Assembly: GCA_002633005.1 (NCBI GenBank)
Contig: NMRA01000451.1
Span: 104,892 to 168,891 of the forward strand
Length of the DNA stretch: 64,000 bases
Reading direction: 5' to 3'
Origin: Phoronis australis
Lineage: Eukaryota > Animalia > Phoronida
Shown: in pieces, positions 49,650-62,800 of the stretch
Position numbering within the stretch: the first letter of the stretch is position 1
Layout: each line of letters begins with the position of its first letter
Position numbers and translations under genes: made by a program
Notes under the pieces: generated by a model
Databases searched by the model: none
What the model was told of the DNA's origin: nothing
What the model saw: only the letters and a program-made list of their open reading frames with translations

Positions 49650-51900
49650 CTTCGTCATTTGTACTTTCAGAATGAGTGGTTTACACGCCCCCAAAACAAA
49701 CGTCTTTGATGGATTCCCAGACTGTTGATAGAAGCAGACCGCCAGAAGAAACCTTGTTGTATTGTTCCATTTCATCTACTTAATATCACATCTCACAAGT
49801 TTAACCAGACAAAGGTATCTCTGTTTCGTTTAAAGTTTTTAAATTCACCTTGTTTAGGGCATGTTCAAATTGTATTCAGGGATTCATACATGATTTCGAA
49901 AGTAGGATGTCTAAAATGGGATTCCCAATATTTCAGGATGTCCGTGATTCCGACAACGCACTGCCCCCACCACCGTGCACCAGCGCCTCCATCCACAGTG
50001 ATTTTTTACAAAAAAAAACGTAGATTAAGTCGTTTACATCTGAGTTTTCAAAGTGACGAGATTTTTTACTAAAAAAACTGCTTGGACCTAGACTTCTGCG
50101 CCTAAATTTATGAATACATCCAAGCAGCTTACCAGACAAATGTTAAGGATATTTTTTGAACGATGAGTGAACTTCGCAGATGACGTGTGGTTAATATTTT
50201 GGCAATAGGTGTCACTATACTGTTCCATATCAAACATGAATAAGATCATTGAAGTGCATGCAACAGTGCTTAGTTTGAGTTATTTACATTAGGATTGTGT
50301 ATACCCTACTTCGATCATATCAGTGAGTTTTTTTATTCTAACTGTACAGTGCTTTGGAGGATGTCCAGTTGAGCAAAGAACAGTTGTAAGGTAACTAATT
50401 CTCATGTGAAAATTTTCAACTGGCTTACAACTGTAGTATAACTGCAATCTAAATCCAGTTTCTGGTTGAAATTATGTGTATCATTTCGGTGTGGCGAACA
50501 ACCACGATTTAAAAAAAACTTATTTTGATCATTCGCCTTTGTATGATCCCACCTCTCGATTCAATGTCACCGTTTGAGATTCATATATACAGGTCTGAAT
50601 TTTTAGTATAGAGGCATCAGTATGAATTTTAAACTCAATGTCTTCTTAAAAATGTCACTATTCTCATCTTGCAGGTATTCAGAGCTGTTGTTCGCCCATG
50701 TCTATCTTCTTTGTCACCTGCATCCTCACAATCTGCATCAAAGGGTTATGTCTGGTCTATGCTCTATTACAATTTAAAGTACACATAAACCTGACTTCTG
50801 TCACCAAGACCAACTTTTCATTTAGACGAAGTATCATTAGTATGAAATTAATCTCGATATATTCCTCGATAAAAATAGGTGTGAATTTCGGGCTTGAAAA
50901 TTTCTAGAAGTTTGTTACTGCTAGAGACAGTTTCTTTAGGTTGACTTGTCACAGCATACCATTTCATTCATCTGAGATGGTCCCAACCATAATGAACTGC
51001 CTCTTCTTTGCAAGACCAAAATTATTTCTCATCTGAATAAGGAAAAAGCCGAGATCAATCCTACACTGATAAGTGGTTAAAACCAAAAGTTAAGTTGCGT
51101 GGATAGAACAGGGTTTTATAACCATAGTAACTGTTCTCTGAAAAGTGCCACTTTATCTCTCAGTGTTGGTTTCTTATTGTTTACTTATAGACGATGATAG
51201 TATGAGCATTGTTTGAGCTTGAACAGTTGTAATAGCTTCATATTCATGCAACGGCTGCTGAGAAGCCCTTGGGACATAACCCTATTGCCAGGGGTTCAAT
51301 TTCCAGTCTTAGAACTCTAGGATCCATGTAAACCATAAAGTGTTTTGCAGTGGCCATCAAAAGTTATGATGCTATGAAGATTTAAACTCCGAGTCAAATG
51401 ACAATATGTGCATCGTCTTTCTAACTTGCAACCTCTCACACTTGTTTATACTACCATTCAGTCGATGGCATGGGTACGGTTATTATTACTTGTATCCAAT
51501 GGTGGTTTTCTTTGCCCTGTAGCTTTGGTTTTAGTGTTTCAGTGCTCAATTATATTGTAACATTCCACAATCTTTTACACGTATAGGCTACACAGGTACT
51601 TCAGTGAGAAATCCAAGAAGTATGCAGTCAGTGATTAAGAAAGTTCTGTACCCCACTGCCGCTGCCTTCCATAATTAGCAGATGCTTGTGAGAAGAACAA
51701 GGCGTGCACAAACTTTACACATGACTTCCAGGGGCCAACCAGTCCATTGCCTTGAAGTCAATGGTCTTGCAATGGCAACAAATGCTAATTTACATGTATC
51801 TATCAAAAGAAACTATCACTGCTTCAGTGAACAATTTACTCTAGCTTTACAGTTACGTTGGCAAAGTTGCTTGACGTGGATATAGACTGTAGTCAATTCA
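49650..51900 (-). pseudogene. Highly decayed L1/Tx1-type non-LTR retrotransposon (endonuclease and RT remnants)
   Basis: Minus-strand remnants VRGL (~51440), CRID..FFLI (~51050) and IAKILTTR (~50195), with many indels. Confidence 0.55.
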
Positions 51901-52202
51901 AAAAGACATGTCAATATTTTTGATCATCTTCGTTTACTGTACAATATATAGCTCTGACATTTTACTTTATATACGTGAACCAACAATACTTTATCACTTT
52001 TTGCCTACATACGACTCCAAAATTGTGATACAGTACCTGCTTTGTGATTGGAGTCTTCATGTAATTTGGTTATGGTTGAATCTATCAGCCTGCACCATCT
52101 GCTTTTGTTGATCCACCTGGTGTTATTTGACTATGTAATTAAAATAAAAGTTCAACCATATCGCAATTGATTGCCTTTCATGTAGCATTTCTTAGCATTT
52201 TT

Positions 52203-52398
52203 ATTAATTGTTTCAGGTTTAACCGTATCGTGAATCGTAAAGCGTTCACCGTATTGAAAATCGTATTATTACTCGTATCATATCATAAATAAAGTTTTAT
52301 GAGCCACTGTTACGGAATTATTATTACACGCGTGTAAACCGCTGGGTCAATAACAACAACAAGAGAGACATCTAATGTGCGTCTGACTGTACGCTACA
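52203..52398 (+). repeat. Remnant of the BEL 5' LTR (3' ~195 bp)
   Basis: Matches 57400-57589 and ends in ...cgctaCA. Confidence 0.85.
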
Positions 52399-55300
52399 TT
52401 ATAGTTAAACCAACGGGTTTATAGTCAAACCAACGAGTTTGAAGAACTGATCGCGAGAAAGGCTCGTGTCTCAACAACAACAGCAACAACAACAACAACA
52501 ACAATTGAAGATGGAACAACAACTGTCGGCCCTAAGAAAACAGCGCGGTGTCGCTAAAGGAGCCGTCACGAGGCTGATCAATCATGGCATCAGCCTCATG
52601 AAAAGTAAGGAAAATGTCGATTCCATGCAGGAAATTCTGCCAGAATTTAACCAGTGTTTAGAGACTGCCCTCGCAGCACACAAATGTATGACGAGCTATT
52701 GGAGGATGACGTAGAAAAGGAAGAATCGAGTGAATACAAACAGAGACTGCTTGACTCAGCACACAAGTTCATTACTCAAGCGCAGAAATGGGTGAATGAA
52801 GAAGACACTGATCCCAGTCATCAACCACAACAACAGCAACAGCAACAGACAGCTGTAAGTTATTTATTTGTAAATGCTATGCAGATGTTTATTGAACACA
52901 ACCGTTCTATTGTAAACAGTGTAAGTGCTCCTCGAGTTGAAATTTTGAGTTTTAATGGTGACCCGTTAAAATTCTACCCATTCATGCGTTCCTTTGACAA
53001 TACAATGGAGGTAAATCCCTCGATGATTCAACAAAATTACATTGCCTGATCCAAAATTGTAGTGGTCAGCCTAGAGACCTTCTAGAATGCTGCCTTGTAA
53101 AGGAGCCTTCTGATCGAAGGATACACGTTAGCACGAAACTTACTAAAACAAAGATTTGGAAATGAAGAAATAATTTCACAAGCATGGATGAATAAAGTGT
53201 TAAAACGCCAGAAAATAAGTAACGTGGAGCAGTTACGTCGTTTTGCTGACGATCTACGTACTTGTAGAGAAACCTTGTCGGCTCTCGATTATCTATACGA
53301 ACTCGAAACTAGGTGGAGTTTGAGGTCTATTGTAGAAAGGCTGCCTGACCATGTGCAAAATAGATGGAAGAGAAAAAATGCGGACCTAAAAGAAAAACAA
53401 AAGCATGTAGGTTTTAAATGACGTGATAGCGTTTATCGACAGGATCGTAGACGAGGAATGCGATCCCGTTTTTGGTAGCATTTCAAAATTCCCAACTACT
53501 CAAGCATCACATATGCCATCACAACAACAACATAAGAGGTCAGGTAGTGCATTTTCAAGAAATGCCAAGTCCAAAACTAACAACGTGTCAGGGCGCAACT
53601 ATAATCAATGTCACATATGTGACAAACCAGGCCACTATTTGAATCAATGTGACAAATTCAGGGCCATGTTTGTGAAAGGCAGACGGCAATTCGTGTTATC
53701 AAAAAAACTATGCATGAATTGTTTTCAGCCAGGCCATTTTGCTAGAGAATGCAAGAAAAATTGGTCTTGCAACATTGCTGGCTGCAATGAAAAACATAAC
53801 AGAGGGTTGCATCAAGGGCAACCATCTGAGTCTGGCTCAACTACCTCAGCTAATAAGAACCAAACCACTGTACCTCATGAAACCCAGTCAAATGCAATGT
53901 GTACATTTGTCAAATCCGAAGGCTGTACAATTGGGTTGCCTATTGTGCCACTCGTTCTTCAAGATTCGACCCACAAAATTCAGGTACAAACTTATGCTCT
54001 TTTAGACAGATGCTCTAATTCAACCATGTGCACAGACAGATTACGCAACAAGCTTGGTCTGTCTGGCAAGAAAGAATGTATTGAGTTAACAACATTACAT
54101 TGTGATCGTATGAGAGAAGAGGTAACAGTTGTTGACACTGAGGTCGCTGCCCTCAATGGCAATGGGACTCACATGTTGAAGGGTGTGATGTCCCGAGACA
54201 GCCTAAATGTAAACATGGGTAATCGTGTTACCTCTGCAGATATCAAGCGTATGTCACATTTGAAAGGCAGACGCTGATGTGTCACAAGTGGACATTATAA
54301 TAGGCGCTGACCATGCTCACTTGTTAGTTGACTTAGAGATTCGGACTGGAAAGGAAGGTCAATCCTTTGCAGCCAGGACACCATTGGGCTGGACAATCTA
54401 TGGTCCAACTGGTCCTGCCAAGAAACAAAAACAACGAACAATTTATTACACTGCCTTGGAAAGGCATAAAATTTTGGAAGCTAGATGACCCTTTGTATGA
54501 AGAAAAATCAACAATGTCTTTGAATAATAAAGGTGTCATTGCCCTCTGGGAGTCTTCTAGTCGATTGCAAGGCAACCAGCTGTCATTACCTATACCATTC
54601 AAAGAGAATCCTCCTAAAATGTCCAACAACTATCCAATGGCGAAGCACCGGCTTGAATTGCTCGGAAAACGTCTATCCAAAACAATGAGCTTCGCCAAAA
54701 ATATTTTGAGGGGTTCCATGAATCTGTAAAAATGGGTTATGTGGAAGAGTTTCCCCCCGACCCGAAAAGATGTCGTTTGACAAAGAGAAAACAGTATGGT
54801 ACTTGCCACACCATCCAGTGACTCACCCTCGCAAGCCAGGGAAAGTGAGAATAATGTACGACTGTTCCGCCAGGTATTCAGGGATGTCCCTAAATGATGC
54901 TGTACATCAGGGCCCTGACTTAATGAAAAATCTTGTCGGCGTCTTGTTGAAATTCCGACAAGAACCCATAGCGTTTATGGGAGACATAGAAGTCATGTGT
55001 ATGCAAGTAAAGGTGCATAAAGATGACCGTGATTGCCTACGTTTTCTTTGGTGGAAAGACGATGACCTCACAAAACCACCTATTGTCTTTCGGATGACCT
55101 CTCATTTGTTTGGTGGAATTTGGAGCCTAAGCTGTGCGCATTTTGCCTTACAAAAAAACAACCAGAGATAATCAAGATGGCTGTAATTAAGGAACAGTAA
55201 AAAAAATCAACAAAAATTTCTATGTTGATGACTGTTTGAAGTCAGTCGCTTCAGTAGAAGCAGTAAATCTGATTCAGGAATTACGAGACCTGCTCTCAAA

Positions 55301-56572
55301 GGGAGGATTCAGGCTTACCAAATTCATCAGTAATTCACGACAAGTGATGTCGTCAATTCCTGAATCTGAGTGGTCCAAACTTGGATCTTGAGCATGAAAA
55401 CATACCTGCTGAAAGAGCACTTGGTGTGCTCTGGAATTTGAAATCCGACCACTTCGGATACGACGTCGGCGTGAGAAATGTTCCACTCACCAAAAGAGGG
55501 ATTCTCAGCTTGACTAGTACTGTTTATGATTCGTAGGGTTTTGTTAGCCCTTTCATACTATTTGCCAAGATGTTATTCCAACAATTATGCCGTTTGAAAA
55601 TAGACTGGGATGAAAAAATCCCGCAAGACATTGCAGCTCAGTGGTTGCGATGGCTTGATGACTTGCCAAAGATAAGAGGATTTAAGGTTCCAAGGTGCTT
55701 AAAACCTAACTGGAAATCAGATAATTCTATTGTATTACAATTACATCACTTTAATTGTGATGCTTCTGAGAAAGGATACGGTGCAGTATCCTACCTGCGC
55801 GTAATTGACGCAAACGATAACATTTGGTGTTCCTTGGTGATGGCCAAGAGCAGGCTAGCACCACTTAAACCAACAACAATTCCTAGGCTTGAATTGTCTG
55901 CTGCAACGGTTGCGGTAAAACTTGACCAAACAATCAGAAAATACCTTGAGTGTGAACTTGAAGATTCTGTTTTTTGGACTGACAGTACCATAGTACTCCA
56001 TTATGTGAAATGTAATGACAAGAGATTTCAAACCTTTGTTGCCAATAGAGTGGTACAAATTCATGAAGGCTCAACTCCAATTCAGTGGAGATATGTCGAC
56101 ACCAAAAACAATCCTGCAGATGACATTGCTAGAGGGCTGTCAGCTGATGAGCTCATAAACAACAATCGCTGGATAAATGGACCTGAATTTCTTTGGAACA
56201 ATGACCAGGTGTGACCTGATCAACCAGAGATTGGTGGAATGCCTGAGGAGGCAGAAATTAAACATACTAAGCAAGTTTATTAAACCACAACGAAATTTCG
56301 AAGTCGGAGATTTGGTTCTCATAGTCGATGAATGTACTCCTAAAAACAAATGGACTTTGGGAATTATCACCCAAACTTTCCCATCCAATGATGGACTTGT
56401 ACGTACTGTTGAAGTTAAAAGTCAGGCCGGTTTCTACACTTGACCGATGCATAAGTTATGTTTGTTAGAGTCTGCACTAGATTAGTTATTGTTAGGTAAG
56501 AAACAATTGTGACAGCATGATGTCACCTGCATTGTTAAATTATGAGAGCTGTTCGCCTCATCGGGACCGGGA

Positions 56573-57589
56573 TGTTGGTGACATTTTTTGATGCTGTAGA
56601 TAATTAGTGTAATTAAAAGCAATGTTATGCAATTTTAGTGACTAGTGTATAATTAAACATATTGGTTGTTTACCAAAATTTGTAACCTCCTAGGAGTTCA
56701 TGGGGATGTGATGCACCACATGCCTGTTACCAGTTGTGGGATGTTTATAATACCAATTGAGCCTTGTTTTGCAGTTTGTGTAACTTAAAGTCTTTGAAAA
56801 CCTGTCAGCTTTGGGATGAGGCGTTTCCGACAACAACAATAATCAGTTATTTGTCCATCGGAATTACTCAACTCTTGATTGTCCTGAACCATAATTGGTA
56901 ATGGCTTGGGTTCATTGCTGGAGTCCAGCAGATGGATTCACAGAATTGTTTTGGAACCAGCGACTTTGTTCAGAGAATTGTTTTGGAACTAGATGTAGCA
57001 TTTTGGAGGAAGTTAGTGGGTTTTCATGTTTTGAACTATCTCGCCCACCTTTCTTGTGTTCAGTATAAATATTCTGTTAGCTACTCTAGAATTCATATTG
57101 CTTGGAGAGAGGCTGCTGCTTGCTTCAAAAATATCACAGATACCCAGCGTTGGTAAGAGACAACTTTGTTTCTTGATGTTTTACTATAAACTTTGACTTT
57201 AGAAACAACTATTCTCAGTTCTTTGATGATTTGAATAACTCATAGAAAGCGTTGTAATAGAAATTGTTATAACTACAAGTTTCTGCTAACTATTGTTTGC
57301 CAAATTGTGAGTTGATATAATATTATTAGATATGCAATTTTCTGTATTTTAGTATGATGTATTTGGTACTTCAATTTGTATTAGATATTCTATTATCTTT
57401 ATTGTTTCAGGTTTAACCGTATAGTGAATCGTAAATCGTTCACCGTATTGAAAATCGTATTATTACTCGTATCATATCATAAATAAAGTTTTATGAGCCA
57501 CTGTTACAGTATTATTATACGCGTGTAAACCGCTGGGTCAACAACAACAACAAGAGAGACATCTAATGTGCCTGTGACTGAACGCTACA
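56573..57589 (+). repeat. BEL 3' LTR (~1017 bp)
   Basis: Begins TGT after the purine-rich gggaccggga, ends ACA, and has AATAAA near 57481. Confidence 0.8.
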
Positions 57590-57599
57590 GTGCGCATTC

Positions 57600-58500
57600 T
57601 TCCAATGAGTGACAAAAATGAAAATATTAATGTGTCTCCCGTGTGGTATGATTCAAAGATTGACGTCGGTAGAAAATTTATTTTCTAAAATACCTGGTGT
57701 GAAAAAGGTGTCTATTGTGTGTGTGTGTGTGATTTGTTTAATGCTGAAGGTTTTTTATGTCATACGAAGAAGTCTGTAACAGTTACAACTTTCAACCTCC
57801 AATACTTGAATTCTATGGATTAAGAAGTGCATCCTTTGCAGCGTACAGGCGTCTTAAGAACAGACAAGACAATACCTTTGTGCCAAATTTTTCCAAGTTA
57901 TATTATAAAATTTTGCAGAATAAGTCACAAGCAATAAATATTTATGACACCTTATTACAGTCACTTCAGACAGTTTGTAAATATAAAAAGTGATCATCTG
58001 AGACAGATATAAAGGGTTTTATTAATAATGTAAATTTTAGTGACCCTGATACATGGTGGAGAAAAGTAAATAGACTCCCCTTCAATTGTACGAAAGATAC
58101 AAAATTGCGTTAGTCTCAATACCTCTTAATTCACAGAATATTGCCAGCCAATAAAATTGAAATAGAAACAAGTGATTTATGCTCTTTCTGTGGTGAACAC
58201 AGTGAAACTTTTCTCCATCTGTTTTGGGAATGTCGCACTGCCACCGGTTTCTGGCTCCTGTTCGCTGAGTGGTTAAACAAACATATCATGTAAATTTTCG
58301 TGTGGACAAAATTACAGCCTTTTATTGGTTTTTTGGGAAACATTCAGCCGGAAAATTGTAACATTAATCTGTTGATCATGCTAGCAAAAAATAAAAAAAA
58401 TTTATCCAAAAGTTTGTTAAAAAATGTCAATTTCCAAATGTTTATAAACTTTATTAAATTACATCGTGACGAAAATACGGTACTTGTTGACTAGTGACTT
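57600..58500 (+). pseudogene. 3' fragment of L1/Tx1 ORF2 (zf-RVT region)
   Basis: KLYYKIL...TKDTKLR*SQYLLIHRILPAN...LCSFCGEHSETFLHLFWEC...FW. Confidence 0.8.
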
Positions 58501-59058
58501 AATGGTATTCTTTGTAAATGATGTATACTGTATTGTTTTATGTGACATGTAATTATCATGGTAGAGCAAAATAAAAAAAATTAAATAAGATAAAAACTCT
58601 TCATTTTGACCACTTGTTGTCTCGGCCCATTCCTTAGTCAAAGTACAAGTGATTCCTGGAATTAGAAAAAACGACAGTTCGTTGTAGATCAAGCCTTAGC
58701 TTATCAAGTTGACTTGAAACGCCATATCATTTTTTCTAGGTGATTTTGTTCCAAGCCGAGAAACCCATCCTCACCTGGGTAAAGAAATTTACTGAAGGGA
58801 GGTTTGATGTAAAGAATGGTTTAAATCGAAAGTTTGTTTATTATTGATGGAATATGGGTTTTGATGCATTACATTTAAATCCTCATCCGATTTAGAATAT
58901 TAAACTAAGAAATGGTTTTGGGCATAAGTTTTGTTTATTGGTACCATAAAGTAATCACATTTATCTGAGTACTAAGTTGTAGGCAAAACGAATATATGCA
59001 TTAGACACATAAAAATTTGACCACAAGCAAAAGTAGATAAAGCAGTACGATTTGTAAC

Positions 59059-60609
59059 ACTAGAAAGATTATTGTCACGGCGTGACAATAACGGACTCTG
59101 TGCGTGAGTATTACTGGAATTATTATGGGAAGTTACTGACAGCAACCCGTTTACCAATATGAAAAGGAATTCTTTAAAATTGTAGGAGAAATTACATATT
59201 AATTTTTTGATGACCTTTCCACTAATTGACCTCTTCCGGTGCATTATAAGCCCCGATGAGGGAGTAATTGTTAACTCGATTAAAAGTGTGGTTAATGCTA
59301 ATAATCACAGATGTTTTATTTTAGGCACTTCAGAATACAAGATGAATGAAGTGGTCAAACTTTCAGAAGAAAAATGCAGCTAATGACCCCATGGGTACAC
59401 CAAATGACCTGAAAAATTAGAATTCAAACTCAATCGCACTTAGTAAACAGATACGTAATTCTGAAGTCTCTAGCTCAAAATTTTAGTTTGCACTCAATGA
59501 TCTTTGACCTATTTTTTCTGATTGGTTAGGCCTATTGCAAAGTAAAGTAGGGTAATTAATTGGCATGTTGACTTACACCAGTGTGCTGAAATTGAAAAGA
59601 ATTCCTTGAAAAACGTAAGAGATATAGCATGTTGAACGTTACATGACCTTTGCACTAATTGACCTTATCCGGTGCATTTTAAGCATCTTTAGGAGAATTA
59701 TTGCAAAGCCCATGGAAAATGTGTTTAACGCTGAGCATCACAGTTGTCTAACAGATGGTACATCAGAATACTTGCTGATTGAAAAGGTAAAATTTTCAGA
59801 AGAAAATGCACCTAATGACCCCATGTTTGCACTAAATGACCTGAAACTTTGGATTCCGATTTGATTTACCTGTGGCAATCAGACCTGTCAATTTGAAGTG
59901 TCTAGCTCAAAATTTTAGTTTGCACCTAATGACCTTTGACCTATTTCACCTGGTTGGTTGACCCGATTACTTAGAAAAGTATTTTTTCAAATTGCCAGTT
60001 GACTTATACCTGTGCACCGAATTTGAAAAAGGTAGCTTTAAAACTGAAGGAGGAGTAGCATTTTGATAATTATATGACCTTTGCACCAAACGACCTCTTC
60101 CGGTGCAATATGGAATATGATTATATAACCAATCAAAATTTATATACCGTCAAAAGTGATATGCTGTATTTAAAGACCGTACCTGCACCCAATTTGGAGT
60201 TATTAAGCCTCAAAGTTGGTCGGAAGAAGAATAAGAAGAAGAAGAATAATAAGAAGAATAAGAATAAGAATAAGAATAAAATTGAAGAAAACCCAGGAAC
60301 AACAGTACTCTGCGCTTACACGCGCAGAGTAATAAGAATAAAATTGAAGAAAACCCAGGAACAACAGTACTCTGCGCTTACACGCGCAGATTAATAATAA
60401 GAGGAATAAGAATAAGAATAAGAATAAAATTGAAGAAAACCAGGAACAACAGTACTCTGCGCTTACACGCGCAGAGTAATAAGAATAAAATTTAAGAAAA
60501 CCCAGGAACAACAGTACTCTGCGCTTACACGCGCAGATTAATAAGAATAAGAATAAAATTGAAGAAAACCCAGGAACAGTACTCTGCGCTTACACGCGCA
60601 GAGTAATAA
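59059..60609 (-). mobile_element. Complete Helentron-type non-autonomous element (HINE/DINE-1-like)
   Basis: On the minus strand: 5' hairpin ACTCTGCGC/GCGCAGAGT, (CTTATT)n microsatellite, about 430-bp internal tandem repeats (59210-60110), subterminal GCACAGAGT, perfect 10-bp stem TTATTGTCAC/GTGACAATAA (59069-59091), terminal CTAGT. Confidence 0.82.
60225..60609. repeat. Minisatellite: five copies of a hairpin-containing 60-80 bp unit plus (AATAAG)n
   Basis: gaagaaaacccaggaacaacagtactctgcgcttacacgcgcaga occurs five times with minor variants. Confidence 0.92.
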
Positions 60610-61749
60610 CCGTTGTATTGCGAAAATATGTTGGGGTAGTCGCCTTTTGTTGTAGTCAGTACATTTGTCGAATGCCAGCACATCATTACAGTAGACTTTT
60701 TCCAATTCCTCATTTAGAACGAAGACACTAAAAGTCCTGAACCAAAAATAAAAATAAAACTTTCTTCTCAGAAATAAAAGAAAAAAAATCTTCCATTGCC
60801 TAATGTACTTCAACAGCTGAATACCTCATAGAATGTACATTTGGAAATCCATTGTCATGTGTATTTTGGTATTCGTACTTAAATTTCAAACACTAAAAAC
60901 TGTCAAATTATGAATTTGTTTTCTTGTGTTTTGTTTTGTTTGCCTAAGCCCGGGCTTTATTATGAACCTGCCAAAAATCTTCAGATAGGCTTTAATGAAT
61001 ATTCATGTCAAGGGCATACAATCACTGCCGTAATAACTTAACAATTACCAAGAAAATATTTAATACTATAGGCACTAATACATAATAGACTGGGTATAAT
61101 TTGTACAAATTTTCTCAATAAGTAACAATTATGAGTATATTTTCAGATAATTTATTTATTTTCTAAATTGTGTTTTAAATATTGGTCTGAAACATTTATG
61201 TGGATTGTAAGACCAAATATCTGCCTTAAGTTACTTTTATGCAACACTTACCCTAGTACCGGTACGCCAGTTCGCTTTTTGTAATTCCCAAAGCCTTTTG
61301 ACTGTTCAATTGACACACAACAACAATGACTAGGTTGGTCACAATTCACATTTTATTGCTAACTGCTACAGAGTCAATACTAAGCACCATTATGAAGTGA
61401 AACAACGTTCTGACACAGACTACACAGATGTGGATCTAGGACGCTGCAGGAGGTAGCCAGAGCTTTGGAAGGAAAATGATAAAAGATTATTCCAAATGTC
61501 ATGCCAGCAATGTTTTCTTTCATAAATCCACATGTGTGCATAGTGAGAGTACTTAACTGGATTTCCGAAACTGTCGTTATAAGAAATAGTCATGGGCATG
61601 AGTAAAATACATGTGACAGGTCGCTTCTTATACATCTTTTTACTGTAGTGGATATTTCTCAGCATCTCCCGTAGGTACACCATGGTGACAATCACAGCTG
61701 ATGATAGCCACCACCACCTACATGTAGTAAGCACACCAAGTTGAATACA

Positions 61750-62800
61750 ATGACCTCATCCTCAGATATACTTATGTGAGGCAGGAAAAAACAAACCTCA
61801 CTATTTTTGAATTACAGTTTAAACATGGCCTCAACATGAAAGCGATTGTTTTCAACAACATTCTTATTGGTGTCAGCATAGCGGCAAACTGGTGCTGTTC
61901 TTCAAAAAGCAAGTAGTCCATTTTTAATTTTCAGCATTTCGTGTGGCATATTTTTAGCGATACTAAGGAAATGTACTTTATTAAAGGTTTTCAATTATGT
62001 CACCTATTAAACATGTAAGATTCGTGGTGAAAGAAAACAACAAGAAGGGACTTGATAACACAAACGTGTTGTAGAGACCGCTTCTGTTGCTTGAGGAAAC
62101 GACAGTGCTTCTTGCCTTGATTTCAAAACATGCCTGCATGTGAAGAGATCGAACACCGACTGCCACCCAAGCCCATTCCTCTGCACATGGTTCAGTGCTG
62201 TAATCATAATGCAACTGTTGCTGGACTCGTGTTGCTTGTTGCTGATGTAACGGTGATGCACACTCCGCTAATCCTTTAAAAAAACATGACAATCATACAA
62301 AATGTCATTCTGAGCAGTACATGGATAACATTGATCTATACATTCCATTGGATATACATTGATGTAAAAGTGTGAGTGTGCCTCAAATTGAAACTTCACT
62401 TTTATAACAGTTTCCAGACCCATTAAGTTTAGTTCATGTGTTAACTTGTCAATACTGGTGCTGGAAGTCTGATAACAGCCGACATTCAAGGCGGATTGAT
62501 GTTTTTCGAAGCACTCGTGAGGCCCTCTGCCCCGTAAACTGATGGATTTTGTTTTTGATAAAATGAGTCTGGAAGGGCCAAGGCGCATACTCAAATTCCG
62601 AGAAGAGGTGCATAAGATAGAAGCAAGCACTTTCATCAACCTTCCCCTGTCCTCAGACCCATATTTACCCAATCGAGAACATGCCACCGATAGTACATAG
62701 CCAATTAAAAATATTGAGTCACCTGAGATGTAAACTGCTCAACCTTTGTTAATGCTCCTACCGATCTGCCTTTGGCTACACCCCTTTGCCTTTGAGGAGG
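61750..62800 (-). pseudogene. Possible decayed DNA transposase fragment (P/THAP9-like C-terminus)
   Basis: Weak similarity only (PHECFEKHQSALNVGCY ~ D.LE..FG..R...GG.Y; SNRSGL ~ RGGL). Confidence 0.25.

Larger units (their letters stand above)
52203..57589 (+). mobile_element. BEL/Pao LTR retrotransposon, decayed, with truncated 5' LTR and deleted integrase
   Basis: Gag (FNGDPLKF; CHICDKPGHYLNQC, CMNCFQPGH, CNIAGCNEKH), protease (YALLDRCS), RT (WYLPHHPV, KVRIMYD, GPDL, FYVDDCL), RNase H (DASEKGYGAV, AKSRLAP, TIPRLEL, WTDS, NPAD) and C-terminal GDLVLI...DGLVR. Confidence 0.95.

Noticed and set aside
50133-50216. Apparent minus-strand exon ending in GTAAGC
   Set aside because: Translates as an L1 RT remnant (IAKILTTR) and is not phase-symmetric.
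52466-52850. Poly-Gln ORFs suggesting a transcription factor
   Set aside because: They are (CAA/CAG)n tracts in the N-terminus of BEL gag.
60225-60609. CRISPR-like palindromic repeat array
   Set aside because: Spacers are AATAAG microsatellite variants rather than unique sequences, the context is eukaryotic with no cas genes, and it is explained as a Helentron terminus.
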